Below, piece after piece: positions 42,947 through 58,300 of a DNA stretch of 64,000 bases. The stretch is taken from contig OZ024744.1 of assembly GCA_964016885.1 (NCBI GenBank), positions 43,338,001 to 43,402,000 on the forward strand, written 5' to 3'. The notes under the pieces were generated by a model that worked only from the letters and a program-made list of their open reading frames with translations, did not search any database and was not told the DNA's origin. Numbering within the stretch: position 1 is the first letter of the stretch; each line of letters starts with the position of its first letter. This DNA comes from Eledone cirrhosa (taxonomy: Eukaryota). The position numbers and the translations under genes are program-made.

Positions 42947-44670
42947 GAGAGAATGGATAAATTACTGAATAACTTATTAGATGATGTTCAAACTATAACT
43001 TACCCTTTTTAGTTGATTTTGCCTCCATTGAAGCAATGCGAGGGGACTGTGTAATATGGTCACCTAGAATATATAAACAAAATCATAGTAAACCTACATG
43101 TATATATACAAATAACATTACAAATACAGGAAACAGTTATTAGATTTATTATCTCTGATATATACATATATACACCAGGTCCAAACATATATGGACCAAA
43201 CTCCCACTGCCACTGCCATTTATATATATATATTTATATATAGTGAAAGGATTCAGGACGCCAACTACTTAGATCCGTAAATATACATTTACTACTAAAT
43301 TTTCTATAATCATGGCAACAGTCCTAATAAAGCAAATATATTCTTACCTACTTGCACACTCACAAACTCACACTCACACAAACACAAACAGGGCTCACAC
43401 ACACTAAAAAAAGCATCACCGGTGAAACACACCCAAACAGGTACACAATGAATTAATATACAACCCAATATACCTATATGTATACATCAACATACACATA
43501 ATACCAACATCACTTCACTTATATATGTACACACAATTTTATTCAATAGGTCCACCATACACATTACATAAACTTAGAATGTATACAAATATACAATATA
43601 ACGTCAATTTGATATTAATGTTGAAACATGTGTAATAGTTTTCTGTACTAACTGGTAGGAATGGGTTTGAAATACAACTTACTTTCTTTTGATCCACCTC
43701 TTATGTATGTGCCTGAGTCAGAGACAAGGATCTCTACAGGAGTCACACCTGGAAAAAATATACAGAAGAAAAGAATAATAAAAGCTAGAAGGCTTTCTTG
43801 AGAAGAGTTTGTTGTCAAGTTGAAGAAAGGGTAGAATGAGTTGTCATTTGTTTAATCAACTAGATCAAATTATACGGTTTGTTCTCTCAAGGACATGCTT
43901 ACTTTTCCCACAAATCTAAAACTTCCAAAAGGAGTAAAGTGTCGTTAGTCATATGTGGGATGTCTTGAATTATGAGAGAAACATTCTAGTTTCCTACTGG
44001 TCCTTAAAATCAGATTTATATAGTGGTTTACCAAATATTTAGGGTACTGGCAGATGTAGTGGAGAAGAGGATGCAGCGTATGAACAATGAAGGGTGACAA
44101 GAAATTGGGAAGAAATGTAGGACAAAGTTTTGATAAAGAAGAGAATACTGATCTCTGAAATAATTCAAACTACCTCAATGAATCTTGTGCAACATTTATC
44201 TTCTCATTTGAATCACATGTAATGTCATTCGTTCTCAGCTATCTCTGATAATGCCCTAAAAAAGTCTAGCTATACTTTTGTCATCATTACAAGGTCTTTG
44301 AGGAAGTCAATAAAATGTTTATTCTGGATTATTTTATGGAGGTTGTAATACAGAGTTTGATATTGTTGACTGAATTAAGTAGTTATGAATTTACTGTTGA
44401 AAACCTAAATAAGTTACTGAATAACTTATTACATGATGTTTAAATTATAACTTACTCTTTTGAGTAGTTTCAGGCTTCATTGCAGCACTGGGAGGGTACA
44501 CGGTAATATTGTCACCTAGAATATATAAACAACATCATAGTAAACCGACATGTATATATACAAATAACATTACAAATACATGGAATCAGTTATTAGATTG
44601 ATTATCTCTGATAAATACATATATACAACAGGTGCAAACACATATGGAACAAACTTCCACTGTCCCTCGC

Positions 44671-44701
<31 letters not shown>

Positions 44702-46447
44702 TTTATATATAGAGAGAATGGATAAATTACTGAATAACTTATTAGATGATGTTCAAACTATAACTTACCCTTTTTAGTTGATTTTGCCTCCATTGAAGCA
44801 ATGCGAGGGGACTGTGTAATATGGTCACCTAGAATATATAAACAAAATCATAGTAAACCTACATGTATATATACAAATAACATTACAAATACAGGAAACA
44901 GTTATTAGATTCATTATCTCTGATATATACATATATACACCAGGTCCAAACATATATGGACCAAACTCCTACTGCCACTGCCATTTATATATATATATTT
45001 ATATATAGTGAAAGGATTCAGGACGCCAACTACTTAGATCTGTAAATATACATTTACTACTAAATTTTCTATAATCATGGCAACAGTCCTAATAAAGCAA
45101 ATTTATTCTTACATACACACACACAGAGATTGCACACTCACAAACTCACACTCACACAAACACAAACAGGGCTCACACACACTCAAAAAAGCATCACCGG
45201 TGAAACACACCCAAACAGGTACACAATGAATTAATATACAACCCAATATACCTATATGTATACATCAACATACACATAATACCAACATCACTTCACTTAT
45301 ATATGTACACACAATTTTATTCAATGGGTCCACCTAACACATTACATAAACTTAGGATGTATACAGATTTACAATATAATGTCAATTTGATATTAATGTT
45401 GAAACACGTGTAATAGTTTTCTGTACTAACTGGAAGGAATGGGTTTGAAATACAACTTACTTTCTTTTGATCCACCTCTTATGTGTGTGCCTGAGTCAGA
45501 GACAAGGATCTCTACAGGAGTCACACCTGGAAAAAATATACAGAAGAAAAGAATAATAAAAGCTAGAAGGCTTTCTTGAGAAGAGTTTGTTGTCAAGTTG
45601 AAGAAAGGGTAGAATGAGTTGTCATTTATTTAATCAACTAGATCAAATTATACGGTTTGATCTCTCAAGGACATGCTTACTTTTCCCACAAATCTAAAAC
45701 TTCCAAAAAGAGTAAAGTGTGGTTAGTCATATTTGGGATGTCTTGAATTATGAGAGAAACATTCTACAGTTTCCTACTGGTCCTTAAAATCGCATTTATA
45801 TAGTGGTTTACCAAATATTTAGGGTACTGGCAGATGTAGTGGAGAAAAGGATGCAGCATATGAACAATGAAGGGTGACAAGAAATTGTGAAGAACTGTAA
45901 GATAAAATCTTGATAAAGAAGAGAATACTGATCTCTGAAATAATTCAATCTAACTCAATGAATCTAGTGTAACATTTATCTTCTCATTTGAATCACATGT
46001 AATGTCATTCTTTCTCAGTTATCTCTGATAATGCCCTAAAAAAGTCTAGCTATACTTTTGTCATCATTAAAAGGTCTTTGAGGAAGTCAATAAAATTTTT
46101 ATTCTGGATTATTTTATGGAGGTTGTAATAGAGAGTTTGATATTGTTGACTGAATTAAGTAGTTATAAATTTACTGTTGAAAACCTAAATAAGTTACTGA
46201 ATAACTTATTACATGATGTTTAAATTATAACTTACGCTTTTGAGAAGTTTCAGGCTTCATTGCAGCACTGGGAGGGTACACGGTAATATGGTCACCTAGA
46301 ATATATAAACAACATCATAGTAAACCTACATGTATATATATAAAAAACATTACAAATACATGGAATCAGTTATTAGATTGATTATCTCTGATATATAGAT
46401 ATATACACTAGGTGCAAAGACATATGGACCAAACTCCCACTGTCCCT

Positions 46448-46493
<46 letters not shown>

Positions 46494-48229
46494 GCGAGAA
46501 TGGATAAATTACTGAATAACTTATTAGATGATGTTCAAACTATAACTTACCCTTTTTAGTTGATTTTGCCTCCATTGAAGCAATGCGAGGGGACTGTGTA
46601 ATATGGTCACCTAGAATATATAAACAAAATCATAGTAAACCTACATGTATATATACAAATAACATTACAAATACAGGAAACAGTTATTAGATTCATTATC
46701 TCTGATATATACATATATACACCAGGTCCAAACATATATGGACCAAACTCCTACTGCCACTGCCATTTATATATATATATTTATATATAGTGAAAGGATT
46801 CAGGACGCCAACTACTTAGATCTGTAAATATACATTTACTACTAAATTTTCTATAATCATGGCAACAGTCCTAATAAAGCAAATTTATTCTTACATACAC
46901 ACACACAGAGATTGCACACTCACAAACTCACACTCACACAAACACAAACAGGGCTCACACACACTCAAAAAAGCATCACCGGTGAAACACACCCAAACAG
47001 GTACACAATGAATTAATATACAACCCAATATACCTATATGTATACATCAACATACACATAATACCAACATCACTTCACTTATATATGTACACACAATTTT
47101 ATTCAATAGGTCCACCATACACATTACATAAACTTAGAATGTATACAAATATACAATATAACGTCAATTTGATATTAATGTTGAAACACGTGTAATAGTT
47201 TTCTGTACTAACTGGTAGGAATGGGTTTGAAATACAACTTACTTTCTTTTGATCCACCTCTTATGTGTGTGCCTGAGTCAGAGACAAGGATCTCTACAGG
47301 AGTCACACCTGGAAAAAATATACAGAAGAAAAGAATAATAAAAGCTAGAAGGCTTTCTTGAGAAGAGTTTGTTGTCAAGTTGAAGAAAGGGTAGAATGAG
47401 TTGTCATTTATTTAATCAACTAGATCAAATTATACGGTTTGATCTCTCAAGGACATGCTTACTTTTCCCACAAATCTAAAACTTCCAAAAAGAGTAAAGT
47501 GTGGTTAGTCATATTTGGGATGTCTTGAATTATGAGAGAAACATTCTACAGTTTCCTACTGGTCCTTAAAATCGCATTTATATAGTGGTTTACCAAATAT
47601 TTAGGGTACTGGCAGATGTAGTGGAGAAGAGGATGCAGCATATGAACAATGAACGGTGACAAGAAATTGTGAAGAACTGTAAGATAAAATCTTGATAAAG
47701 AAGAGAATACTGATCTCTGAAATAATTCAATCTAACTCAATGAATCTAGTGTAACATTTATCTTCTCATTTGAATCAGATGTAATGTCATTCTTTCTCAG
47801 TTATCTCTGATAATGCCCTAAAAAAGTCTAGCTATACTTTTGTCATCATTAAAAGGTCTTTGAGGAAGTCAATAAAATGTTTATTCTGGATTATTTTATG
47901 GAGGTTGTAATAGAGAGTTTGATATTGTTGACTGAATTAAGTAGTTATAAATTTACTGTTGAAAACCTAAATAAGTTACTGAATAACTTATTACATGATG
48001 TTTAAATTATAACTTACGCTTTTGAGAAGTTTCAGGATTCATTGCAGCACTGGGAGGGTACACGGTAATATGGTCACCTAGAATATATAAACAACATCAT
48101 AGTAAACCTACATGTATATATATAAAAAACATTACAAATACATGGAATCAGTTATTAGATTGATTATCTCTGATATATAGATATATACACTAGGTGCAAA
48201 GACATATGGACCAAACTCCCACTGTCCCT

Positions 48230-48279
<50 letters not shown>

Positions 48280-50003
48280 GAGAGAATGGATAAATTACTG
48301 AATAACTTATTAGATGATGTTCAAACTATAACTTACCCTTTTTAGTTGATTTTGCCTCCATTGAAGCAATGCGAGGGGACTGTGTAATATGGTCACCTAG
48401 AATATATAAACAAAATCATAGTAAACCTACATGTATATATACAAATAACATTACAAATACAGGAAACAGTTATTAGATTTATTATCTCTGATATATACAT
48501 ATATACACCAGGTCCAAACATATATGGACCAAACTCCCACTGCCACTGCCATTTATATATATATATTTATATATAGTGAAAGGATTCAGGACGCCAACTA
48601 CTTAGATCCGTAAATATACATTTACTACTAAATTTTCTATAATCATGGCAACAGTCCTAATAAAGCAAATATATTCTTACCTACTTGCACACTCACAAAC
48701 TCACACTCACACAAACACAAACAGGGCTCACACACACTAAAAAAAGCATCACCGGTGAAACACACCCAAACAGGTACACAATGAATTAATATACAACCCA
48801 ATATACCTATATGTATACATCAACATACACATAATACCAACATCACTTCACTTATATATGTACACACAATTTTATTCAATAGGTCCACCATACACATTAC
48901 ATAAACTTAGAATGTATACAAATATACAATATAACGTCAATTTGATATTAATGTTGAAACATGTGTAATAGTTTTCTGTACTAACTGGTAGGAATGGGTT
49001 TGAAATACAACTTACTTTCTTTTGATCCACCTCTTATGTATGTGCCTGAGTCAGAGACAAGGATCTCTACAGGAGTCACACCTGGAAAAAATATACAGAA
49101 GAAAAGAATAATAAAAGCTAGAAGGCTTTCTTGAGAAGAGTTTGTTGTCAAGTTGAAGAAAGGGTAGAATGAGTTGTCATTTGTTTAATCAACTAGATCA
49201 AATTATACGGTTTGTTCTCTCAAGGACATGCTTACTTTTCCCACAAATCTAAAACTTCCAAAAGGAGTAAAGTGTCGTTAGTCATATGTGGGATGTCTTG
49301 AATTATGAGAGAAACATTCTAGTTTCCTACTGGTCCTTAAAATCAGATTTATATAGTGGTTTACCAAATATTTAGGGTACTGGCAGATGTAGTGGAGAAG
49401 AGGATGCAGCGTATGAACAATGAAGGGTGACAAGAAATTGGGAAGAAATGTAGGACAAAGTTTTGATAAAGAAGAGAATACTGATCTCTGAAATAATTCA
49501 AACTACCTCAATGAATCTTGTGCAACATTTATCTTCTCATTTGAATCACATGTAATGTCATTCGTTCTCAGCTATCTCTGATAATGCCCTAAAAAAGTCT
49601 AGCTATACTTTTGTCATCATTACAAGGTCTTTGAGGAAGTCAATAAAATGTTTATTCTGGATTATTTTATGGAGGTTGTAATACAGAGTTTGATATTGTT
49701 GACTGAATTAAGTAGTTATGAATTTACTGTTGAAAACCTAAATAAGTTACTGAATAACTTATTACATGATGTTTAAATTATAACTTACTCTTTTGAGTAG
49801 TTTCAGGCTTCATTGCAGCACTGGGAGGGTACACGGTAATATTGTCACCTAGAATATATAAACAACATCATAGTAAACCGACATGTATATATACAAATAA
49901 CATTACAAATACATGGAATCAGTTATTAGATTGATTATCTCTGATAAATACATATATACAACAGGTGCAAACACATATGGAACAAACTTCCACTGTCCCT
50001 CGC

Positions 50004-50034
<31 letters not shown>

Positions 50035-51780
50035 TTTATATATAGAGAGAATGGATAAATTACTGAATAACTTATTAGATGATGTTCAAACTATAACTTA
50101 CCCTTTTTAGTTGATTTTGCCTCCATTGAAGCAATGCGAGGGGACTGTGTAATATGGTCACCTAGAATATATAAACAAAATCATAGTAAACCTACATGTA
50201 TATATACAAATAACATTACAAATACAGGAAACAGTTATTAGATTCATTATCTCTGATATATACATATATACACCAGGTCCAAACATATATGGACCAAACT
50301 CCTACTGCCACTGCCATTTATATATATATATTTATATATAGTGAAAGGATTCAGGACGCCAACTACTTAGATCTGTAAATATACATTTACTACTAAATTT
50401 TCTATAATCATGGCAACAGTCCTAATAAAGCAAATTTATTCTTACATACACACACACAGAGATTGCACACTCACAAACTCACACTCACACAAACACAAAC
50501 AGGGCTCACACACACTCAAAAAAGCATCACCGGTGAAACACACCCAAACAGGTACACAATGAATTAATATACAACCCAATATACCTATATGTATACATCA
50601 ACATACACATAATACCAACATCACTTCACTTATATATGTACACACAATTTTATTCAATGGGTCCACCTAACACATTACATAAACTTAGGATGTATACAGA
50701 TTTACAATATAATGTCAATTTGATATTAATGTTGAAACACGTGTAATAGTTTTCTGTACTAACTGGAAGGAATGGGTTTGAAATACAACTTACTTTCTTT
50801 TGATCCACCTCTTATGTGTGTGCCTGAGTCAGAGACAAGGATCTCTACAGGAGTCACACCTGGAAAAAATATACAGAAGAAAAGAATAATAAAAGCTAGA
50901 AGGCTTTCTTGAGAAGAGTTTGTTGTCAAGTTGAAGAAAGGGTAGAATGAGTTGTCATTTATTTAATCAACTAGATCAAATTATACGGTTTGATCTCTCA
51001 AGGACATGCTTACTTTTCCCACAAATCTAAAACTTCCAAAAAGAGTAAAGTGTGGTTAGTCATATTTGGGATGTCTTGAATTATGAGAGAAACATTCTAC
51101 AGTTTCCTACTGGTCCTTAAAATCGCATTTATATAGTGGTTTACCAAATATTTAGGGTACTGGCAGATGTAGTGGAGAAAAGGATGCAGCATATGAACAA
51201 TGAAGGGTGACAAGAAATTGTGAAGAACTGTAAGATAAAATCTTGATAAAGAAGAGAATACTGATCTCTGAAATAATTCAATCTAACTCAATGAATCTAG
51301 TGTAACATTTATCTTCTCATTTGAATCACATGTAATGTCATTCTTTCTCAGTTATCTCTGATAATGCCCTAAAAAAGTCTAGCTATACTTTTGTCATCAT
51401 TAAAAGGTCTTTGAGGAAGTCAATAAAATTTTTATTCTGGATTATTTTATGGAGGTTGTAATAGAGAGTTTGATATTGTTGACTGAATTAAGTAGTTATA
51501 AATTTACTGTTGAAAACCTAAATAAGTTACTGAATAACTTATTACATGATGTTTAAATTATAACTTACGCTTTTGAGAAGTTTCAGGCTTCATTGCAGCA
51601 CTGGGAGGGTACACGGTAATATGGTCACCTAGAATATATAAACAACATCATAGTAAACCTACATGTATATATATAAAAAACATTACAAATACATGGAATC
51701 AGTTATTAGATTGATTATCTCTGATATATAGATATATACACTAGGTGCAAAGACATATGGACCAAACTCCCACTGTCCCT

Positions 51781-51826
<46 letters not shown>

Positions 51827-53562
51827 GCGAGAATGGATAAATTACTGAATAACTTATTAGATGATGTTCAAACTATAACTTACCCTTTTTAGTTGATTTT
51901 GCCTCCATTGAAGCAATGCGAGGGGACTGTGTAATATGGTCACCTAGAATATATAAACAAAATCATAGTAAACCTACATGTATATATACAAATAACATTA
52001 CAAATACAGGAAACAGTTATTAGATTCATTATCTCTGATATATACATATATACACCAGGTCCAAACATATATGGACCAAACTCCTACTGCCACTGCCATT
52101 TATATATATATATTTATATATAGTGAAAGGATTCAGGACGCCAACTACTTAGATCTGTAAATATACATTTACTACTAAATTTTCTATAATCATGGCAACA
52201 GTCCTAATAAAGCAAATTTATTCTTACATACACACACACAGAGATTGCACACTCACAAACTCACACTCACACAAACACAAACAGGGCTCACACACACTCA
52301 AAAAAGCATCACCGGTGAAACACACCCAAACAGGTACACAATGAATTAATATACAACCCAATATACCTATATGTATACATCAACATACACATAATACCAA
52401 CATCACTTCACTTATATATGTACACACAATTTTATTCAATAGGTCCACCATACACATTACATAAACTTAGAATGTATACAAATATACAATATAACGTCAA
52501 TTTGATATTAATGTTGAAACACGTGTAATAGTTTTCTGTACTAACTGGTAGGAATGGGTTTGAAATACAACTTACTTTCTTTTGATCCACCTCTTATGTG
52601 TGTGCCTGAGTCAGAGACAAGGATCTCTACAGGAGTCACACCTGGAAAAAATATACAGAAGAAAAGAATAATAAAAGCTAGAAGGCTTTCTTGAGAAGAG
52701 TTTGTTGTCAAGTTGAAGAAAGGGTAGAATGAGTTGTCATTTATTTAATCAACTAGATCAAATTATACGGTTTGATCTCTCAAGGACATGCTTACTTTTC
52801 CCACAAATCTAAAACTTCCAAAAAGAGTAAAGTGTGGTTAGTCATATTTGGGATGTCTTGAATTATGAGAGAAACATTCTACAGTTTCCTACTGGTCCTT
52901 AAAATCGCATTTATATAGTGGTTTACCAAATATTTAGGGTACTGGCAGATGTAGTGGAGAAGAGGATGCAGCATATGAACAATGAAGGGTGACAAGAAAT
53001 TGTGAAGAACTATAGGATAAAATCTTGATAAAGAAGAGAATACTGATCTCTGAAATAATTCAATCTAACTCAATGAATCTAGTGTAACATTTATCTTCTC
53101 ATTTGAATCACATGTAATGTCATTCTTTCTCAGTTATCTCTGATAATGCCCTAAAAAAGTCTAGCTATACTTTTGTCATCATTAAAAGGTCTTTGAGGAA
53201 GTCAATAAAATGTTTATTCTGGATTATTTAATGGAGGTTGTAATAGAGAGTTTGATATTGTTGACTGAATTAAGTAGTTATAAATTTACTGTTGAAAACC
53301 TAAATAAGTTACTGAATAACTTATTACATGATGTTTAAATTATAACTTACGCTTTTGAGAAGTTTCAGGCTTCATTGCAGCACTGGGAGGGTACACGGTA
53401 ATATGGTCACCTAGAATATATAAACAACATCATAGTAAACCTACATGTATATATATAAAAAACATTACAAATACATGGAATCAGTTATTAGATTGATTAT
53501 CTCTGATATATAGATATATACACTAGGTGCAAAGACATATGGACCAAACTCCCACTGTCCCT

Positions 53563-53610
<48 letters not shown>

Positions 53611-55314
53611 GAGAGAATGGATAAATTACTGAATAACTTATTAGACGATGTTCAAACTATAACTTACCCTTTTTAGTTGATTTTGCCTCCATTGAAGCAA
53701 TGCGAGGGGACTGTGTAATATGGTCACCTAGAATATATAAACAAAATCATAGTAAACCTACATGTATATATACAAATAACATTACAAATACAGGAAACAG
53801 TTATTAGATTTATTATCTCTGATATATACATATATACACCAGGTCCAAACATATATGGACCAAACTCCCACTGCCATTTATATATATATATTTATATATA
53901 GTGAAAGGATTCAGGACGCCAACTACTTAGATCCGTAAATATACATTTACTACTAACTTTTCTATAATCATGGCAACAGTCCTAACAAAGCAAATATATT
54001 CTTACCTACTTGCACACTCACAAACTCACACTCACACAAACACAAACAGGGCTCACACACACTCAAAAAAGCATCACCGGTGAAACACACCCAAACAGGT
54101 ACACAATGAATTAATATACAACCCAATATACCTATATGTATACTTCAACATACACATAATACCAACATCACTTCACTTATATATGTACACACAATTTTAT
54201 TCAATAGGTCCACCATACACATTACATAAACTTAGAATGTATACAAATATACAATATAACGTAAATTTGATATTAATGTTGAAACATGTGTAATAGTTTT
54301 CTGTACTAACTGGTAGGAATGGGTTTGAAATACAACTTACTTTCTTTTGATCCACCTCTTATGTGTGTGCCCGAGTCAGAGACAAGGATCTCTACAGGAG
54401 TCACACCTGGAAAAAAATATACAGAAGAATAGAATAATAAAAGCTAGAAGGCTTTCTTGAGAAGAGTTTGTTGTCAAGTTGAAGAAAGGGTAGAATGAGT
54501 TGTCATTTGTTTAATCAACTAGATCAAATTATACGGTTTGTTCTCTCAAGGACATGCTTACTTTTCCCACAAATCTAAAACTTCCAAAAGGAGTAAAGTG
54601 TGGTTAGTCTTGAATTATGAGAGAAACATTCTACAGTTTCCTACTGGTCCTTAAAATCAGATTTATATAGTGGTTTACCAAATATTTAGGGTACTTGCAG
54701 ATGTAGTGGAGAAGAGGATGCAGCATATGAACAATGAAGAGTGACAAGAAATTGTGAAGAACTGTAGGATAAAATTTTGATAATGAAGAGAATACTGATC
54801 TCTGAAATAATCCAATCTTACTCAATGAATCTAATGTAACATTTATCTTCTCATTTGAATCACATGTAATGTCATTCTTTCTCAGCTATCTCTGATAATG
54901 CCCTAAAAAAGTCTAGCTATACTTTTATCATCATTACAAGGTCTTTGAGAAAGTCAACAAAATGTTTATTCTGGATTATTTTATGGAGTTTGTAATAGAG
55001 AGTTTGATATTGTTGACTGAATTAAGTAGTTATAAATTTACTGTTGAAAACCTAAATAAGTTACTGAATAACTTATTACATGATGTTTAAATTATAACTT
55101 ACGCTTTTGAGAAGTTTCAGGCTTCATTGCAGCACTGGGAGGGTACACGGTAATATGGTCACCTAGAATATATAAACAACATCATAGTAAACCTACATGT
55201 ATATATATAAAAAACATTACAAATACATGGAATCAGTTATTAGATTGATTATCTCTGATATATAGATATATACACCAGGTGCAAAGACATATGGACCAAA
55301 CTCCCACTGTCCCT

Positions 55315-55372
<58 letters not shown>

Positions 55373-58300
55373 GAGAGAATGGATAAATTACTGAATAACT
55401 TATTAGATGATGTTCAAACTATAACTTACCCTTTTTAGTTGATTTTGCCTCCATTGAAGCAATGCGAGGGGACTGTGTAATATGGTCACCTAGAATATAT
55501 AAACAAAATCATAGTAAACCTACATGTATATATACAAATAACATTACAAATACAGGAAACAGTTATTAGATTTATTATCTCTGATATATACATATATACA
55601 CCAGGTCCAAACATATATGGACCAAACTCCCACTGCCACTGCCATTTATATATATATATTTATATATAGTGAAAGGATTCAGGACGCCAACTACTTAGAT
55701 CCGTAAATATACATTTACTACTAAATTTTCTATAATCATGGCAACAGTCCTAATAAAGCAAATATATTCTTACCTACTTGCACACTCACAAACTCACACT
55801 AACACAAACACAAACAGGGCTCACACACACTCAAAAAAGCATCACCGGTGAAACACACCGAGACAGGTACACAAATTAATATACAACCCAATATACCTAT
55901 ATGTATACATCAACATACACATAATACCAACATCACTTCACTTATATATGTACACACAATTTTATTTCAATAGGTCCACCATACACATTACATAAACTTA
56001 GAATGTATACAAATATACAATATAACGTTAATTTGATATTAATGTTGAAACACTTGTAATAGTTTTCTGTACTAACTGGTAGGAATGGGTTTGAAATACA
56101 ACTTACTTTCTTTTGATCCACCTCTTATGTGTGTGCCTGAGTCAGAGACAAGGATCTCTACAGGAGTCACACCTGGAAAAAATATACAGAAGAAAAGAAT
56201 AATAAAAGCTAGAAGGCTTTCTTGAGAAGAGTTTGTTGTCAAGTTGAAGAAAGGGTAGAATGAGTTGTCATTTGTTTAATCAACTAGATCAAATTATACG
56301 GTTTGTTCTCTCAAGGACATGCTTACTTTTCCCACAAATCTAAAACTTCCAAAAGGAGTAAAGTGTGGTTAGTCTTGAATTATGAGAGAAACATTCTACA
56401 GTTTCCTACTGGTCCTTAAAATCAGATTTATATAGTGGTTTACCAAATATTTAGGGTACTTGCAGATGTAGTGGAGAAGAGGATGCAGCATATGAACAAT
56501 GAAGAGTGACAAGAAATTGTGAAGAACTGTAGGATAAAATTTTGATAATGAAGAGAATACTGATCTCTGAAATAATCCAATCTTACTCAATGAATCTAAT
56601 GTAACATTTATCTTCTCATTTGAATCACATGTAATGTCATTCTTTCTCAGCTATCTCTGATAATGCCCTAAAAAAGTCTAGCTATACTTTTATCATCATT
56701 ACAAGGTCTTTGAGAAAGTCAACAAAATGTTTATTCTGGATTATGTTATGGAGTTTGTAATAGAGAGTTTGATATTGTTGACTGAATTAAGTAGTTATAA
56801 ATTTACTGTTGAAAACCTAAATAAGTTACTGAATAACTTATTACATGATGTTTAAATTATAACTTACGCTTTTGAGAAGTTTCAGGCTTCATTGCAGCAC
56901 TGGGAGGGTACACGGTAATATGGTCACCTAGAATATATAAACAACATCATAGTAAACCTACATGTATATATACAAAAAACATTACAAATACATGGAATCA
57001 GTTATTAGATTGATTATCTCTGATATATAGATATATACACCAGGTGCAAACTTATACGGGCCAAACTCCCACTGTCCCTCGCATATATATATATATATAT
57101 ATATACATATATTTATATATAGAGAGAATGGATAAATTACTGAATAACTTATTAGATGATGTTCAAACTATAACTTACCCTTTTTAGTTGATTTTGCCTC
57201 CATTGAAGCAATGCGAGGGGACTGTGTAATATGGTCACCTAGAATATATAAACAAAATCATAGTAAACCTACATGTATATATACAAATAACATTACAAAT
57301 ACAGGAAACAGTTATTAGATTCATTATCTCTGATATATACATATATACACCAGGTCCAAACACATATGGACCGAACTCCCACTGCCACTGCCATTTATAT
57401 ATATATATTTATATATAGTGAAAGGATTCAGGATGCCAACTGCTTAGATCCGTAAATATACATTTACTACTAAATTTTCTCCAGTCATGGCAACAGTCCC
57501 AATAAAGCAAATTTATTCTTACATACACACGCACAGAGATTGCACACTCACAAACTCACACCCACACAAACACAAACAGGGCTCACACACACTCAAAAAA
57601 GCATCACCGGTGAAACACACCCAAACAGGTACACAATGAATTAATATACAACCCAATATACCTATATGTATACATCAACATACACATAATACCAACATCA
57701 CTTCACTTATATATGTACACACAATTTTATTCAATGGGTCCACCTAACACATTACATAAACTTAGAATGTATACAGATATACAATATAACGTTAATTTGA
57801 TATTAATGTTGAAACACGTGTAATAGTTTTCTGTACTAACTGGTAGGAATCGGTTTGAAATACAACTTACTTTCTTTTGATCCACCTCTTATGTGTGTGC
57901 CTGAGTCAGAGACAAGGATCTCTACAGGAGTCACACCTGGAAAAAATATACAGAAGAAAAGAATAATAAAAGCTAGAAGGCTTTCTTGAGAAGAGTTTGT
58001 TGTCAAGTTGAAGAAAGGGTAGAATGAGTTGTCATTTGTTTAATCAACTAGATCAAATTATACGGTTTGTTCTCTCAAGTACATGCTTACTTTTCCCACA
58101 AATCTAAAATTTCCAAAAGGAGTAAAGTGTGGTTAGTCTTGAATTATGAGAGAAACACTCTACAGTTTCCTACTGGTCCTTAAAATCAGATTTATATAGT
58201 GGTTTACCAAATATTTAGGGTACTGGCAGATGTAGTGGAGAAGAGGATGAAGCATATGAACAATGAAGGGGGACAAGAAATTGTGAAGAACTGTAGGATA

